DNA from: Vulcanimicrobiota bacterium | GTDB lineage: Bacteria; Vulcanimicrobiota; Vulcanimicrobiia; Vulcanimicrobiales; Vulcanimicrobiaceae | Assembly (NCBI GenBank): GCA_963786105.1 | Contig: CAWAXX010000018.1 | Coordinates: 64,001 to 128,000, forward strand | Direction: 5' to 3' | Length of the DNA stretch: 64,000 nucleotides | Translations under genes and position numbers: made by a program | The notes under the pieces: generated by a model | The model's database searches: none | What the model was told of the DNA's origin: nothing | The model's input: the letters and a program-made list of their open reading frames with translations, nothing else | Shown: positions 1-9,237 of the stretch, one piece after another | Position numbering within the stretch: the stretch's first letter is position 1 | Layout: each line of letters opens with the position of its first letter

Positions 1-1113
1 AATGCGCACGGCCTCGATCGTGTCGGCGGTTTCCCCCGATTGCGACATGGCGATCACCAGCGCGGTCGGATCGATGACCGGGTCGCCGTAGCGAAACTCG
101 CTGGCAAGTTCCATCTCGACGGGCAAGTGGACGAGCGAGCGCAACAGATACATCCCCACCAGGCCGGCGTGATACGCGCTTCCGCAGCCGGTGATCGCGA
201 TTTTACTGATGTTGCGAAGCGCGTCGGCCGAAATGTCTCCCATCTCGCGGCCTAGGTGAACGTCGCCACGTTCGTCGATTCTGCCGGCCAGCGTTTCCTT
301 GATGACGTTGGGCTGCTCGAAGATTTCCTTGAGCATGAAGTGCTTGAAGCCGCTCTTTTCAGCCGATCCGGCATCCCACGTCACCGCAATCGGGTCACGT
401 TCGATAGTTTTTCCACCGTAGTCGCTGAGCTCGTAACCGTCGCGCCCGATGACCGCGATTTCGCCTTCTTGCAAGATGACCTCTTTGCGCGTGTAGGGCA
501 GGATCGCCGGCGTATCCGAGGCGACGTACATTTCACCGTCGCCGATGCCGATTACCAACGGGCTCGCGCCGTTGCGAGCGAATACCAAATGGTCCGGGTC
601 GTCGCTCGAAATCACCCCGAGCGCGTAGGCGCCGCGCACTTCGTGCAACGTCGCGCGCACCGCATCGACCAGACGCGCGGCACCGCCGGCTTCCTTATAG
701 TGCATCTCGACCAAATGCGCTAGCACTTCGGTGTCGGTTTCGCTGGCAAACGCGTGTCCGGCGGCGATCAGTTGGGTCCGTAACGAGGTGTAGTTCTCGA
801 TGATGCCGTTGTGAACGACGGCAATGGTGCCGCCGCAGTCCATATGTGGATGGGCGTTGGCATCGGAAGGCCGGCCGTGGGTCGCCCATCGCGTGTGCCC
901 GACGCCGACCGCCCCGGCCAGCGGCTCGCCGTTGCTCAAACGCTCCGCCAATCGGGAGAGTTTGCCTTCTGCTTTCGACCCGCAAAGGGTCCCGTCCGAA
1001 TCGATGACGGCGATGCCGGCGCTATCGTAGCCGCGATACTCCAACCGTCGCAACGAGTCGAGGATGATGGGAACGCTATTCTGAGTCCCGATGTAGCCGA
1101 CGATTCCGCACAT
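1..1113 (-). CDS. glmS: Glutamine--fructose-6-phosphate aminotransferase (partial, runs off window start)
   Basis: Reverse strand from 1113 reads MCGIVGYIG..LEYRGYDSAG..GHTRWATHG. Absent from the ORF track because there is no stop in the window. Confidence 0.97.
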   Translation of the reverse strand, partial: MCGIVGYIGTQNSVPIILDSLRRLEYRGYDSAGIAVIDSDGTLCGSKAEGKLSRLAERLSNGEPLAGAVGVGHTRWATHGRPSDANAHPHMDCGGTIAVVHNGIIENYTSLRTQLIAAGHAFASETDTEVLAHLVEMHYKEAGGAARLVDAVRATLHEVRGAYALGVISSDDPDHLVFARNGASPLVIGIGDGEMYVASDTPAILPYTRKEVILQEGEIAVIGRDGYELSDYGGKTIERDPIAVTWDAGSAEKSGFKHFMLKEIFEQPNVIKETLAGRIDERGDVHLGREMGDISADALRNISKIAITGCGSAYHAGLVGMYLLRSLVHLPVEMELASEFRYGDPVIDPTALVIAMSQSGETADTIEAVRI

Positions 1114-1139
1114 GGTTCGTGAACCTTACCGGAGCGAGG

Positions 1140-1412
1140 TTACTTGATTCCTTCGCGCGTGCGATGGTACGAAATCTTTCCCTCGGCGATTTCGTCCAGC
1201 GCGATCGAAACGGCCTTATTCGGGTTTATCGAATCCTTGTCGACCAGCGGCTCGCTTGCAAAGAATTCGCGGCGGTCGGCAGGCGGGAGCTGGGCAACGC
1301 GAATCCAGTTATTCAACTGGCGAGCGCGTTTGGTGACAATGTTGACGAGGCTGAACTTGGAATCGGCGTGTACGAGTAGTTTGTCCAAGTCGCCGAAAAC
1401 GGATTTTGGCAT
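1140..1412 (-). CDS. rpoZ: RNA polymerase omega subunit
   Basis: DSKFSLVNIVTKRARQL and KAVSIALDEIAEG motifs; directly downstream of gmk. Confidence 0.93.
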   Translation of the reverse strand: MPKSVFGDLDKLLVHADSKFSLVNIVTKRARQLNNWIRVAQLPPADRREFFASEPLVDKDSINPNKAVSIALDEIAEGKISYHRTREGIK

Positions 1413-1414
1413 AG

Positions 1415-2035
1415 TTACGATGATTGCACTTTCTCAATTGAGTCGTTGGTGTAGCGATGAATCCTGAAGCGTTCGGCGTGCAGGATTGCCTGCAGATCGC
1501 GGACCGCTTCTTCATGACGATCTTGTTCGTTGATCAGTAGATAGTCGAACTTCCGAACGAACGCCATTTCCTGATGGCCGATCTCGAGCCGGCGCGCGAT
1601 CTCCGCGTTCGTCTCGGTTCGCCGAGCGAGCAAGCGTTCGCGCAGATGCGAGAACCGGTCCGGCACTACGAAGATCAGTACCGCATCGGGGTAGGCCGCC
1701 TTCACGGCCAGGGCGCCGTTGACTTCGGGCTTGAGGATCACGTCATCACCCTCGGCCAGACTCCGCTCGATGTAATCGCGCGGAGTGCCGTAAAGGTTGC
1801 CGCCGTACTCCTTCGTTTCGAGCAGCGCGCCCGCCGCTAAACGGCGTTCGAACTCCTGACGTGTAAGGAAGAAATAATGCTCCCCGTCTCGTTCGCCCGC
1901 TCGGGGGTCCCGGGTGGTCGCCGAGATCGAATAACGCAGCCGGGGCATTCGTTGCACGAGCGCCTCGACCAAGGTGTCCTTACCGGCACCCGAGGGGCCC
2001 GAGATCACGAAGAGCAAACCAGGCCCGGCGATCAC
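1415..2035 (-). CDS. gmk: Guanylate kinase
   Basis: SGPSGAGKDT P-loop, SISATTRDPR, YGTP. Confidence 0.97.
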   Translation of the reverse strand: MIAGPGLLFVISGPSGAGKDTLVEALVQRMPRLRYSISATTRDPRAGERDGEHYFFLTRQEFERRLAAGALLETKEYGGNLYGTPRDYIERSLAEGDDVILKPEVNGALAVKAAYPDAVLIFVVPDRFSHLRERLLARRTETNAEIARRLEIGHQEMAFVRKFDYLLINEQDRHEEAVRDLQAILHAERFRIHRYTNDSIEKVQSS

Positions 2036-2089
2036 GCGAACTCCACGCTGAAGCAGGCCCTATCAGTTCATAACGAAGGGACGGTTAAC

Positions 2090-3619
2090 CTGGTTACGGA
2101 TTGGGTGCTCATCCGGCGGCTCGCCCACGAGCTCGAGCGGCGTCTGCGCGGCGGGCGCGTGACCGACGCGGGCCTTCTTCCGGACGGACGGGTCGCTCTC
2201 GCGGTGCGCAGCCGCGGGTCTGGGGTCTTGTTGGCCGTGGACGCCTTCGCCTCGCCCCCGCTGGTGACGCTCGAAGACGGCGAGTTGGGCATCGCCGCCG
2301 AGCCCGGGTTCGTCCGAGCCATGGCGGCGGCGTTGCGGGGGACGGTCCTCTCGGCGGTGCGGGCGCGGCGCGGCGACCGGTTGCTCCGCCTGACCTTTTC
2401 CTCGCGTTCCCGCTTCGGCGTGGACGATCAAGTGGAACTCTACGTCGAACTGGTGCCGCGCTTCGGCAACCTCGTCCTCGTAAAGCGCGACCGGGTAGTG
2501 GCGGCGGCTAAGGAGTTCTCGCTGGCCGAAAACGGGCGGCGCGCAGTCCAGGCCGGTTTGACGTACGCGCTGCCCCCGCTGCCTGCGACCAGTTCGCTCG
2601 TTCCCAAACTGGTAGCCCAGAGCGGCGTCGACCAGGCGGACTTCCTCGCGTTTGCCGAAGGCGATGCGGCTCTGCACGATGCGCTCTATGTGTACCGCCG
2701 CGACGGACTCGTCGTCCAAACCCACCTGGTGCCCCTAACGGCCTTCGTCGACGCAGCGTCTACGCGGCAGCCGTCGCTCTTGGAGGTTCTGGCTGAAGTC
2801 CGTGCCCAGGAAATCGGCCTGCGTGACCGCGAGCGCACCGCCCGCCGGCGTCACGCGGCGGCCAAGCGACTCGCCGAGCGCGAACGAAAGCTCGGCGACG
2901 AACTCGACGCGCTGGCGGCCACACGAGTGCGCGCGAGCGACCGCGACGCGCTGCGCGTGGAAGGCGACGCCATTTTTGCCGGCTTGCACGAACTTCCCGA
3001 AAACGAGCGGGACGCCGCCAAGGACCGGGCGACCAAGCTTTTCGCGCGTTATAAGAAACTCGGGGCGGCGCTGCCCCACGTCGATCGGCGCGAACGGGAA
3101 GTCCGCGCCGCCTTGGCTGCCGTCGAAGAGTTCCGTTGGGAAGCCGAGCGGGTCGCGGCCGAGGACGTGGGCGATCTCGAAGCGGCGATCGATCAGCTCG
3201 ACGGTCGCGGATCGCGCCGCGCGCGAGCGGCCGGCAGCTCGCGCAAGGGCAAGCGTGGCCTGCTGGAGTTCCGAACCTCCGGTGGTTCGCGCATCGTCGT
3301 TGGGCGCTCGCCCGGCGAAAATGCCGAGGTAACGTTTCGAATCGCACGCCCGAACGATTTGTGGTTTCATGCTCAAGGAACTCCCGGCGCGCACGTCATT
3401 CTCGCGCGCGACGATCGCGGCGAACCGCCGCCCGAGGATATCGAAGCCGCCGCGTCACTCGCGGCGCACTATTCTAAAGCGAAAGGCAGCGCCCGGGTTC
3501 CGGTCGACTATACCTTGCGCAAGCACGTGCGCAAGCAGCGCGACGCGCCTCCCGGACTCGTCTGGTATACGAATCCCAAAACCATTACGACCGCCCCACG
3601 CGACGCCGTGTCATCGTGA
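2090..3619 (+). CDS. NFACT / RqcH (FbpA-like) ribosome quality control protein
   Basis: N-terminal NFACT-N-like segment and C-terminal NFACT-R (VGRS..EN, DLWFHAQGTPGAHV, VPVDYT). Start uncertain; the upstream ORF extension overlaps gmk, and CTG at 2090 follows a GAAGGGA SD. Confidence 0.88.
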   Translation: MVTDWVLIRRLAHELERRLRGGRVTDAGLLPDGRVALAVRSRGSGVLLAVDAFASPPLVTLEDGELGIAAEPGFVRAMAAALRGTVLSAVRARRGDRLLRLTFSSRSRFGVDDQVELYVELVPRFGNLVLVKRDRVVAAAKEFSLAENGRRAVQAGLTYALPPLPATSSLVPKLVAQSGVDQADFLAFAEGDAALHDALYVYRRDGLVVQTHLVPLTAFVDAASTRQPSLLEVLAEVRAQEIGLRDRERTARRRHAAAKRLAERERKLGDELDALAATRVRASDRDALRVEGDAIFAGLHELPENERDAAKDRATKLFARYKKLGAALPHVDRREREVRAALAAVEEFRWEAERVAAEDVGDLEAAIDQLDGRGSRRARAAGSSRKGKRGLLEFRTSGGSRIVVGRSPGENAEVTFRIARPNDLWFHAQGTPGAHVILARDDRGEPPPEDIEAAASLAAHYSKAKGSARVPVDYTLRKHVRKQRDAPPGLVWYTNPKTITTAPRDAVSS

Positions 3620-3641
3620 ACAAGTGTCAGCGGGCGAAGGA
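3610..3641 (+). repeat. Degenerate copy of REP-like GTCATCCTGAGC...GTCGAAGGA element
   Basis: gtcatcgtgaac...ggcgaagga matches both conserved ends with mismatches. Confidence 0.5.
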
Positions 3642-3705
3642 CGCGCCCACCTCAAGAGCGCAAGGAAGCGTCAAACTCGTGCATATCTAGGGAGGGAGCT
3701 CAAAC

Positions 3706-3816
3706 GTGAAAAATCCGCTGGATTCGCTGTGGGGCACCATCATCTGCGGCGTCATACTGACGGGCGTCCTATACTATCTCGCAAAACTGCTCATAGCCTC
3801 GGGAACAGGTGCATGA
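3706..3816 (+). CDS. 36-aa single-pass membrane peptide (not in ORF track)
   Basis: GGAGGGAG SD, GTG start, MKNPLDSLWGTIICGVILTGVLYYLAKLLIASGTGA; stop overlaps the next start (ATGA). Confidence 0.75.
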   Translation: MKNPLDSLWGTIICGVILTGVLYYLAKLLIASGTGA

Positions 3817-4340
3817 TGCTGGATGATGCTTTGCGCGATGCGATTTTTCGTTGGCTCCACGTCTTGGCCGGCATCATGTGGATCGGCCTGCTCTATTACT
3901 TCAACTTCGTGAACGTCGCCGCGGTCAAAGCGGCGACCGCCGCCGGCGAGGCGGCTCCGATTTCCAAGTACGTCATGCCGCGCGCGCTGCTCTTTTTCCG
4001 CTGGGGAGCGGTGGTCACGTGGCTGTTCGGCGCGGCGCTGCTGGGAGGCGGAAGCATGCCGACCGTCAACGGCATGAACGGTTTCGTGGCCGCATTCTTG
4101 CTACAGGGGAGCATGGCGCCGATCGGCATCGGCGCGTGGCTGGGAACGATCATGCTGATCAACGTCTGGACCTTCATCTGGATGAACCAGAAGAAAATTC
4201 TGGGCATCGTTCCGGCCACCGACGAACAGAAAGTCAAGGCGCGCCGGGTGGCCTTCCTAGCATCCCGCGTGAACACCATGCTCTCGATCCCAATGCTGTT
4301 CTTCATGGTGACCGGACCCCACCAGCCGATCTTCCACTAG
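3813..4340 (+). CDS. PuuD-like (urate oxidase N-terminal domain) membrane protein without cytochrome c domain
   Basis: FRWLHVLAGIMWIGLLYYFNFV, FRWGA, GTIMLINVW..IW.NQKK, ASRVNTMLSIPMLFFM. Confidence 0.82.
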   Translation: MMLDDALRDAIFRWLHVLAGIMWIGLLYYFNFVNVAAVKAATAAGEAAPISKYVMPRALLFFRWGAVVTWLFGAALLGGGSMPTVNGMNGFVAAFLLQGSMAPIGIGAWLGTIMLINVWTFIWMNQKKILGIVPATDEQKVKARRVAFLASRVNTMLSIPMLFFMVTGPHQPIFH

Positions 4341-4366
4341 CACTCCATCTGTATCGCGTAGCGACG

Positions 4367-4407
4367 CCCTTCGACTGCGGCGCTTCGCGCCTCCGCTCAG
4401 GATGACA
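4367..4407 (-). repeat. REP-like palindromic element
   Basis: Reverse complement tgtcatcctgagcgga-ggcgc-gaa-gcgcc-gcagtcgaaggg, lying between convergent genes. Confidence 0.85.
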
Positions 4408-4413
4408 ACTGGA

Positions 4414-5394
4414 TTACGGCGTAAGGACGATCGTGCCGACGTGAACGCCCGACTCGAGCCGAGCGTGCGCGTCGGCGGCGCGTTCGAATGGATATGTCGA
4501 GTCGACCACCGGGACGATCGCGGTGCGTGAAGGCAATAGCGGCCAGATACGCTCGCGCAGGCGTTCGGCAATGGCCGACTTTTGGGAAGCGGAGCGGGGA
4601 CGCAGGCTCGAGCCCAGCACGGTTGCGCGCCTGTGCAGCACGACGCCGAGGTCGATTTCTGCCGTCCGTCCCCGCTGGGTTGCGAGGCACGCCACGCGAC
4701 CATCGAGCGCGAGACACGCAAGATCGCGCGCGATATAGTCGCCGCCGACGATGTCGAGCACCACATTGACGCCGCGGCCTTGCGTGATGCGCATCACTTC
4801 GGCGACGAAATCGTAGCGGCGGTAGTTTATCGCCGCAACGGCGCCCAGCTTCACGCAGGCTTCGCACTTTTGGTCGGTGCCGGCCGTTGCGATGACGCGC
4901 GCGCCGAGCGCCGTCGAAAACATGATCGCGGTCGTTCCGATCCCGCTCGTGCCGCCATGAACCAAGATGGTTTCTCCCGGCTGCAACTTCGCCCTCGAAA
5001 AGACGCTGTCGTATACGGTAAAGGCGTTTTCCGGAAGGGTTGCTGCTTCAACTGCGCTCCAGCCGTCGGGAATAGGCAGCACTTGGCCTTGCGGAACGAC
5101 CGCGAATTCCGCATAGCCGCCGCCGGCGCACAGCGCGCAGACGCGATCGCCGCGCCGCCACCGGGTCACGTCCGGGCCGGTCTTCCGTACGGTTCCGGCA
5201 ACCTCGAGCCCGAGCACCGGGGAAGCGCCCTCCGGCGGGGGATAGAGCCCGCGCCGCTGCAGCACGTCGGCGCGGGAAACGCCCGCGGCCTCCACGGCAA
5301 TGAGTACGTCCCCCGCTCCGGGTTTCGGTACCGGCATCTCGGCGACGTGAAGAACGTCCGCCTCGCCGGGCCGATCGTACGCAACGTATTTCAC
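4414..5394 (-). CDS. NAD(P)H-quinone oxidoreductase, PIG3 family
   Basis: QRRGLYPPPEGAS.VLGLEVAG, HGGTSGIG; GTG start overlaps the upstream stop (GTGA). Confidence 0.92.
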   Translation of the reverse strand: MKYVAYDRPGEADVLHVAEMPVPKPGAGDVLIAVEAAGVSRADVLQRRGLYPPPEGASPVLGLEVAGTVRKTGPDVTRWRRGDRVCALCAGGGYAEFAVVPQGQVLPIPDGWSAVEAATLPENAFTVYDSVFSRAKLQPGETILVHGGTSGIGTTAIMFSTALGARVIATAGTDQKCEACVKLGAVAAINYRRYDFVAEVMRITQGRGVNVVLDIVGGDYIARDLACLALDGRVACLATQRGRTAEIDLGVVLHRRATVLGSSLRPRSASQKSAIAERLRERIWPLLPSRTAIVPVVDSTYPFERAADAHARLESGVHVGTIVLTP

Positions 5395-7163
5395 GTGAAG
5401 ATGCGGACCACGTCGATGCGTTGGGGAAAACCTTTGATTTCGAGCGTCTCGTTGGCGACGGCGGTCGACAGCCCACGCAAACGCGCGGCGATCGCCGGAC
5501 GCTCGGCCACGGTGCGGGCCAACGTCACCTCGCCCACACCGGCGAGCTTCTGCAGTCGCGCAGCGAGATTCACCGTCGTTCCGAAATAGTCGATGCGTTC
5601 GTTGGCGCGCATTGCGATACACGGCCCGACGTGAAAGCCGACGCGCAGCCGCAGCGGCTGGCCGGCGGCCGTGATGGTTTGAACCCGGGCGTCGAGATCG
5701 AGCGCCGCTTCGAGGCAGCGCACCGGATCGGTAAAGGCCGCCATGACGGCGTCGCCGATCGTCTTCACGATGCTTCCTTCGTGTTTTGCCACCGTCTCGC
5801 GCATGACGTCGAAGTGGTTGGTGACGATGCGAAATGCGGGCGCGTCTCCGGTTTTCGAATAGATAGCCGTCGATCCCACGACGTCGGTAAATAAGACCGC
5901 CAGCGTTTCGATGCCGAGGTCGAGCCCCGGCGCCAACACTTCGGAGGAAAACAAATCCCGGAACTCTTGGAGCGCGGTGACGGCGGCCGCCGTCGCGATC
6001 GTATCCGGCCAGCGTCCGTTTTCGATGCGGACCACGGCTTGGTGAGCGCTCTCGTTGACGATCCGCACGCGCACGTTGCCGCTGCCCACCGAAGGCCCCA
6101 CCTCGACCCTCCCGTCGGAGCGGACGGCGGCCGTGAGATCGTGGGTGCGTTCGTCGTCGCTCGCAACGAATGCGGCGGCCGTGCCGGTGACGTTGAGCTG
6201 ATAGTTGCCCCGTGCGAGAGCGAGCGAAACCTCGCGCTCTGCGTGCGGTGCAATCGTCGTCTGGACGTAGACGTGCGGGCTACGGTGTGGATTGGCGATG
6301 CAGAATAACCCGGATTCCGTACCGCGTCCGAGCGGCCGCGCGTCGAACGTCACCTCGACCGAGCGATCGAACGCAGCGTCGAAGGGCAAGTTGCAGGATA
6401 CGCAGTGATAGCCGCGGTGCAACTGCGCGAGCGAGTCGATGCCCGGACTGGGACCCCGGCAGCCCGGGCAGAGCACGCTCCAGCGCAGATTGAATAATCC
6501 GTGGCGCGTCGCCGTCAGGAATGCCGACAGGATCGTGCGCCGCGACATCTTCCACGCATCGGCAAGTTCGTAGGGACGGATGCGCTGCAATTCGCGGTCT
6601 TCGGCTCCGTCCACGAAGGCGGCGAGCCGCGCGACGACTTCTGCGCCGATGCCCGCGTCGCGCAGCACCTGCCACGGTCCGGCGTCGGCACTCGCCGATG
6701 GGATTGACGTGGCTTGGTTTCGGCGGGCCAGCGTTGCGGCTAAGCGAAAGGCGCGATTCGCACCGCGCTTGCCGTGCGCGGCCAGCAACGGCAGCAACGG
6801 TGCACCGAGCGGCGACGACGCTTGCAGCTCCACGTCGACCACGACGCGGGTGCGATCGGCGCCGAGGCTTTGGAGCGCGGTACGGTTGAAAAAACGCGCC
6901 AGCGGTCCGTGGCGATAGATGCGCTCCACTTCGAAGAACGACGGCACCTGCCAGATCGTCGGCCGCTCCTCCCACTCCACCCGAATCGGACCCTGCGCGA
7001 ACGACGCAATCCGGCGCGTCCCGCCCTCAGGTAACGATTCGTACCGCGCCGCAATGCGCGGGAGCCCGGCGTGGCTATTGACCCAGTCGGTGTCGGCCAG
7101 ATATTGCCACAAACGGTCGCGCGGCGCGTCGAGTTCCCACGTCCAGCGCTGCCGAAGACTCAC
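5391..7163 (-). CDS. Class III adenylate/guanylate cyclase with SRPBCC-like N-terminus and DUF5939-like domain
   Basis: LFTDVVGST, VKTIGDAVMA, DYFGTTVNLAARLQ; CPGC and CVSC motifs in the middle domain. Confidence 0.88.
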   Translation of the reverse strand: MSLRQRWTWELDAPRDRLWQYLADTDWVNSHAGLPRIAARYESLPEGGTRRIASFAQGPIRVEWEERPTIWQVPSFFEVERIYRHGPLARFFNRTALQSLGADRTRVVVDVELQASSPLGAPLLPLLAAHGKRGANRAFRLAATLARRNQATSIPSASADAGPWQVLRDAGIGAEVVARLAAFVDGAEDRELQRIRPYELADAWKMSRRTILSAFLTATRHGLFNLRWSVLCPGCRGPSPGIDSLAQLHRGYHCVSCNLPFDAAFDRSVEVTFDARPLGRGTESGLFCIANPHRSPHVYVQTTIAPHAEREVSLALARGNYQLNVTGTAAAFVASDDERTHDLTAAVRSDGRVEVGPSVGSGNVRVRIVNESAHQAVVRIENGRWPDTIATAAAVTALQEFRDLFSSEVLAPGLDLGIETLAVLFTDVVGSTAIYSKTGDAPAFRIVTNHFDVMRETVAKHEGSIVKTIGDAVMAAFTDPVRCLEAALDLDARVQTITAAGQPLRLRVGFHVGPCIAMRANERIDYFGTTVNLAARLQKLAGVGEVTLARTVAERPAIAARLRGLSTAVANETLEIKGFPQRIDVVRIFT

Positions 7164-8236
7164 CGCCGGCCACCTTCGTGTCGCGTCAATAGCATCGCGT
7201 CGCCGAAGGAAAAAAAGCGGTAGCGGCGCTCGACCGCCGCGGCGTAGGCGCGCAGGATGCGCTCGCGCCCGGCAAAGGCGCTCACCAACACCAGCAACGT
7301 CGATTTCGGCAAATGAAAGTTCGTGATCATAGCGTCGACGATTTTAAAAGGGAAACCGGGCGTAATGAACAGATTCGTGCGCCCTTCTCCGGCCGCGACC
7401 TTCCCGCGATCGTGGATGCTACCTTCGAGCGCGCGGACGACGGTCGTCCCGGCCGCCACCACTCGACGGCCCTCGCTGCGCGCGCTTTCGATGGCGCCGG
7501 CGGCCTGGGGCGAAATGACGTACGATTCCGCATGCATCGCGTGATCGTCGATGCGTTGCGTCGTCATCGGACGAAACGTTCCCAGCCCCACGTCGAGGGC
7601 GATGCGTGCCGTCTCGACGCCTGCGCATTGGATACGGTCGAGCAGCTCCGGCGTGAAGTGCAGCGAGGCAGTCGGCGCGGCGACGCTGCCGGGAACGCGC
7701 GCGAACACGGTTTGATAGCCGCGCTGCGCCTCTGCCGAGTCGCTGCGAACGTACGGCGGGAGCGGCAGTTTGCCGGTTCGCGCGAGAAACGTCTCGAAGG
7801 GCTCCGTCAACGTGAATTCAACCTCGCGGGCACCGTCGTCGAGCTCAGCCCGAATCACCGCTTCGACGCCGCCGTCGAACTCCAGGCGCGCGCCCTCGCG
7901 AAGCCGGCGGCCGGGACGCGCGAGCGCGATCCAGCGCAGGGCATCGGAGCGGTAACGCTCGGATTGCGCCGGTTGGAGCAACAGCAACTCGGCGCGCCCC
8001 CCGGTCGGCCGTCGCCGGCCGACGAGCCGCGCCGGAATGACGCGCGTTTCGTTGAGCACGAGAAGATCGCCCGGCCGCAAGTAACGCGGCAGGTCGGAAA
8101 AGACCGCATCGTCGTCGCGCTGGGGTCCGACCACCAGCAGCCGGCTTGCGTCGCGCACTGCCGCCGGCTTCTGCGCGATCAGTTCGGGAGGCAGTTCGTA
8201 GGAGTATGCGTCGCTGTCGCGCTCGCCGGCCGTCAG
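7160..8236 (-). CDS. queA: S-adenosylmethionine:tRNA ribosyltransferase-isomerase
   Basis: YELPPELIAQ, LPLPPY, VAAPTASLHF, TNFHLPKSTL, YRFFSFGDAML; start approximate. Confidence 0.96.
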   Translation of the reverse strand: MTAGERDSDAYSYELPPELIAQKPAAVRDASRLLVVGPQRDDDAVFSDLPRYLRPGDLLVLNETRVIPARLVGRRRPTGGRAELLLLQPAQSERYRSDALRWIALARPGRRLREGARLEFDGGVEAVIRAELDDGAREVEFTLTEPFETFLARTGKLPLPPYVRSDSAEAQRGYQTVFARVPGSVAAPTASLHFTPELLDRIQCAGVETARIALDVGLGTFRPMTTQRIDDHAMHAESYVISPQAAGAIESARSEGRRVVAAGTTVVRALEGSIHDRGKVAAGEGRTNLFITPGFPFKIVDAMITNFHLPKSTLLVLVSAFAGRERILRAYAAAVERRYRFFSFGDAMLLTRHEGGRR

Positions 8237-9237
8237 TCGCGTCCCATCTCCGTTCCGGGAAAATAGAATGCCACGATGTCGCGCGCGCTGCGGCCGGTTT
8301 GCGCCATCCCCCGCGCACCCCATTGACACATCCCCACGCCGTGACCCAAGCCTCCACCGTCAATCGCGACCGAGGCGGAAGACGCGTCGCCGCGCAGGCC
8401 GGTGATGAGCAAGCTTCGTACGACTCTGGGACCCAGCCCCAGACGAAACGCACTGCCCTTGACGAGCGCGCTGCCGCGATCGGCGATCAGCTCGAATGCG
8501 CGCGCGCGCCCGCTAGCGTCGAGTTCGGTGACGCGCACGCTCTGGAGTATTCCGGCGGCAGGCAGTTGCGAGCCAAAACGCTGCGCGATCTCCGAGAGCG
8601 CCACCGTCGCCGTCCAGCGGTAGTTCGGCGACTGCGTGCAGTAGGGGCAGACGACCCCGGCGAGATACGGAAAGAACTCGCCCCCCCAAGCGTCCGCCGA
8701 CGCCTCGGTGTGTCCGCCGCAACACGACGAGTAGGCGACGCTCGCGTACGCGTTTCCAAAACGCAGGACTTGACCGGCGGTCACGTCGACGGCCAAACGG
8801 CCGGCGGGCGACTCTGCCGAGACTCCCCCGTAGACCTGGTCGGCTTCCGACGGAACCAAATCGTACGCGCGCCGCGGGTTACTGCGCTGCAGCACGTAGG
8901 TCCGCGCGCAAATTGCCTGCGCCTGCAAAGCCGCCGGCGGCCACGACGGCGGCATCTCGTGCGGAACAACCGAGTACAGATACTGTTCGAGATCGACGAC
9001 GTTGACAATGCTGCCGTCGGGCTGTCGTACGAACGTTCCGCGGTACGCGCGCCCGTTGAACGAAAACCCGTTGCCGCCGCGATCCGGCACCGCATCGCCG
9101 GGGCCAAGGAGCACCCGCAACGCGGGCGCCGCGCTGCCGCTTGCAGGGTCCGCATCTGTCTGCGCACGCGCGCCGTACGGATACGCGGCGGCGGCCGCCG
9201 TCAGCGCCACGAACCTCGCGCGGCGCATCGGCGTCAC
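8233..9237 (-). CDS. SpoIID/LytB-domain protein (exported lytic transglycosylase-like)
   Basis: LEQYLYSVVPHEM, ALQAQAICARTY, DQVYGG, GHGVGMCQWGA; RR-containing signal peptide. Confidence 0.92.
   Translation of the reverse strand: MTPMRRARFVALTAAAAAYPYGARAQTDADPASGSAAPALRVLLGPGDAVPDRGGNGFSFNGRAYRGTFVRQPDGSIVNVVDLEQYLYSVVPHEMPPSWPPAALQAQAICARTYVLQRSNPRRAYDLVPSEADQVYGGVSAESPAGRLAVDVTAGQVLRFGNAYASVAYSSCCGGHTEASADAWGGEFFPYLAGVVCPYCTQSPNYRWTATVALSEIAQRFGSQLPAAGILQSVRVTELDASGRARAFELIADRGSALVKGSAFRLGLGPRVVRSLLITGLRGDASSASVAIDGGGLGHGVGMCQWGARGMAQTGRSARDIVAFYFPGTEMGRD

Noticed and set aside
1114..1139. glmS ribozyme
   Set aside because: Only 26 nt separate the rpoZ stop from the glmS start; there is no room and no motif
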